DNA of 42,630 nt from Gammaproteobacteria bacterium. Its GTDB lineage: Bacteria > Pseudomonadota > Gammaproteobacteria > Steroidobacterales > Steroidobacteraceae. The notes beneath the pieces are model-generated. The model was not told where the DNA came from. It did no database searches and saw only the letters and a program-made list of their open reading frames with translations. The stretch spans positions 1-42,630 of the forward strand of contig JAGVUU010000297.1 in the NCBI GenBank assembly GCA_019136105.1, written 5' to 3'. Both the position numbers and the translations under genes were made by a program. Of the stretch, positions 41,396 through 42,630 are shown piece by piece (the first letter of the stretch is position 1; every line of letters starts with the position of its first letter).

Positions 41396-42630
41396 ATGCG
41401 ACGCTTCCTGCGTCCCGCCGCCGCGGCGGCCCTTGCACTCCTCGTAGCCTGCTCCGGCGGCGACGGCGACGGCTCGTCCTCCGCGGACGGCAACGCACTG
41501 GTCGTCAACAGTCTGCTCGATTCGGCCTCGCCAGCGGCCGGCACGGTCACGCTGCGGTCGGCCCTCGCAACAGCGGGGTCGGGCCAGGCGATCCGCTTCG
41601 ACCGTAGCCTCGACGGCGGCACGATTGCACTGTCGATCGTGGCCGACGAGCACACCCGCCTCAAGGGCGAGGTGATGGGTATGCGGGACGAGCCGAGCGG
41701 CCCCGTTTCGTACCTCGTCGGCTGGTTCGACCGTGACTACGGCCGTTCCGCGCTCGTCGCGCGCAAGAACGTCGTGATCGACGCCTCCGACCTGCCCTCC
41801 GGCATCACGCTCGCCTGGGCCGGCGGCGTGCCGGCGCGCGTGCTCGCGGTCGAGGGCAACCTGACGCTGATCAACGTGGACATCACGGGCGGCCACAGCG
41901 TCACGGAGAAACTGGCGGTCGTGAACCCGGACGACCAGCCGTGGACGCTCGCGCGCGGGGGCGCCGTGGCGGTCTGGGGCGTCGCGAACCTGCGGGACTG
42001 CCGCCTCTACGACAACCACGTCGAAGGCGACTTCGATTCGTCGCGTGACCGCGGTGCGTTCGGCGGGGCCGTGTACGCGGACATCGTCGAGATGCAGCGC
42101 TGCGTGGTGAGCGGCAACTCGGCCCTCGGTGGCGGGGCGGCGGGCGGCGGCATCTATTCGGTCGGCGGTGCCGGCAGCGCGCGTACGCGGTCGACGATCG
42201 ACCAGTCCACGGTGAGCGGGAATGCGATCCGCGGGCTGTTTGCCTACGGCGCCGGCATCTACTCCGACGGCGGCGGCATCGGCCGGAGCAAGACGCTGCT
42301 CGTCACGAACACCACGGTCGCACGCAACCTCGCGGAGCCGTCCGCGAACCTCCCCCCGTTCCTGCTCGCCATGGGTTACTGGCGCGGCGGCGGCCTCTAC
42401 ATGTCGAACGGCTACATGCAACTGCAGAGCGTCACCGTCGTCGAGAACGCAGTGCGCGGCAAGGCGCGTACGGACAGCCTCGGGCGCCGCAACCTCGCCG
42501 GCGGCATGGCGGCGACGGTCGGCAACGCGCACGCGGTCGAAAGCATGACCGTGGGTCACTCGATCATCGCCGGCAACACCGTCGAGGAAATCGGCGGCGC
42601 CACTTACGCGCACGACCTGTTCACTGGCTC
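41396..42630 (+). CDS. Lipoprotein with right-handed parallel beta-helix / Pmp-like repeats (partial; runs off the right edge)
   Basis: Own translation: MRRFLRPAAAAALALLVACSGG (lipobox), then repeats of the type GGAVAVWG, FGGAVYAD, GGGIYSVGG, GAGIYSDGG, RGGGLYMSNG and IIAGN. No stop before 42630, so it is not in the ORF track. Confidence 0.65.
   Translation, partial: MRRFLRPAAAAALALLVACSGGDGDGSSSADGNALVVNSLLDSASPAAGTVTLRSALATAGSGQAIRFDRSLDGGTIALSIVADEHTRLKGEVMGMRDEPSGPVSYLVGWFDRDYGRSALVARKNVVIDASDLPSGITLAWAGGVPARVLAVEGNLTLINVDITGGHSVTEKLAVVNPDDQPWTLARGGAVAVWGVANLRDCRLYDNHVEGDFDSSRDRGAFGGAVYADIVEMQRCVVSGNSALGGGAAGGGIYSVGGAGSARTRSTIDQSTVSGNAIRGLFAYGAGIYSDGGGIGRSKTLLVTNTTVARNLAEPSANLPPFLLAMGYWRGGGLYMSNGYMQLQSVTVVENAVRGKARTDSLGRRNLAGGMAATVGNAHAVESMTVGHSIIAGNTVEEIGGATYAHDLFTG

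Noticed and set aside
1-42630. Scan for CRISPR arrays, tRNA/rRNA genes, transposases, integrases and toxin-antitoxin or defence-system gene sets.
   Set aside because: No regularly spaced direct repeats, no cloverleaf-like or rRNA-like segments in the short intergenic regions, and no ORF with recognisable transposase, integrase or defence motifs were seen.

Overview
GC-rich proteobacterial chromosomal DNA, tightly packed with about 40 protein genes. No rRNA, tRNA, CRISPR array or obvious mobile element was seen. All calls come from reading translations and motifs by eye; no searches were run.

Gene content, left to right:
- A partial response regulator, an EF-G paralogue and two convergent sulfotransferase-fold genes.
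- A DUF6279-like lipoprotein, SRAP/YedK, a GFA-family protein and a YadGH-type ABC exporter.
- A divergent FlhD-like/FlhC-like regulator pair.
- nudC, TauE/SafE, DUF4126, NRDE and tamA-tamB.
- A NUDIX/MarR divergon and a membrane protein.
- An eight-gene arginine operon: argR-argG-X-argC-argD-argF'-argB-argH.
- DUF1329, a stand-alone Lrp/AsnC ligand domain, maiA, an FAH-family hydrolase, ubiC, an acyl-CoA dehydrogenase and a hotdog thioesterase.
- lptM, polA, two tandem small OM beta-barrel genes, engB, cytochrome c4, dsbA and a partial beta-helix lipoprotein.

Most interesting observations:
1. An unassignable 363-aa P-loop protein (BioD/CobQ/DUF1611-like motifs) is translationally coupled inside the arg operon. 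That operon uses an acyl-ornithine transcarbamylase, but the window has no glutamate-acylating enzyme and no deacylase.
2. An orphan, non-flagellar FlhC-like gene sits divergent from a gene that looks like a tandem-duplicated FlhD. Two near-identical palindromic operators lie between them.
3. A textbook sigmaE/AlgU-type promoter plus an intrinsic terminator bracket a roughly 120-nt structured RNA with C-rich loops. It lies in the polA-engB region, where Spot 42 and ErsA lie in other bacteria.
4. A dispersed heptad-repeat element (TATTCAC-like) occurs three times. At two unrelated genes it forms the whole Shine-Dalgarno-less leader directly abutting the ATG.
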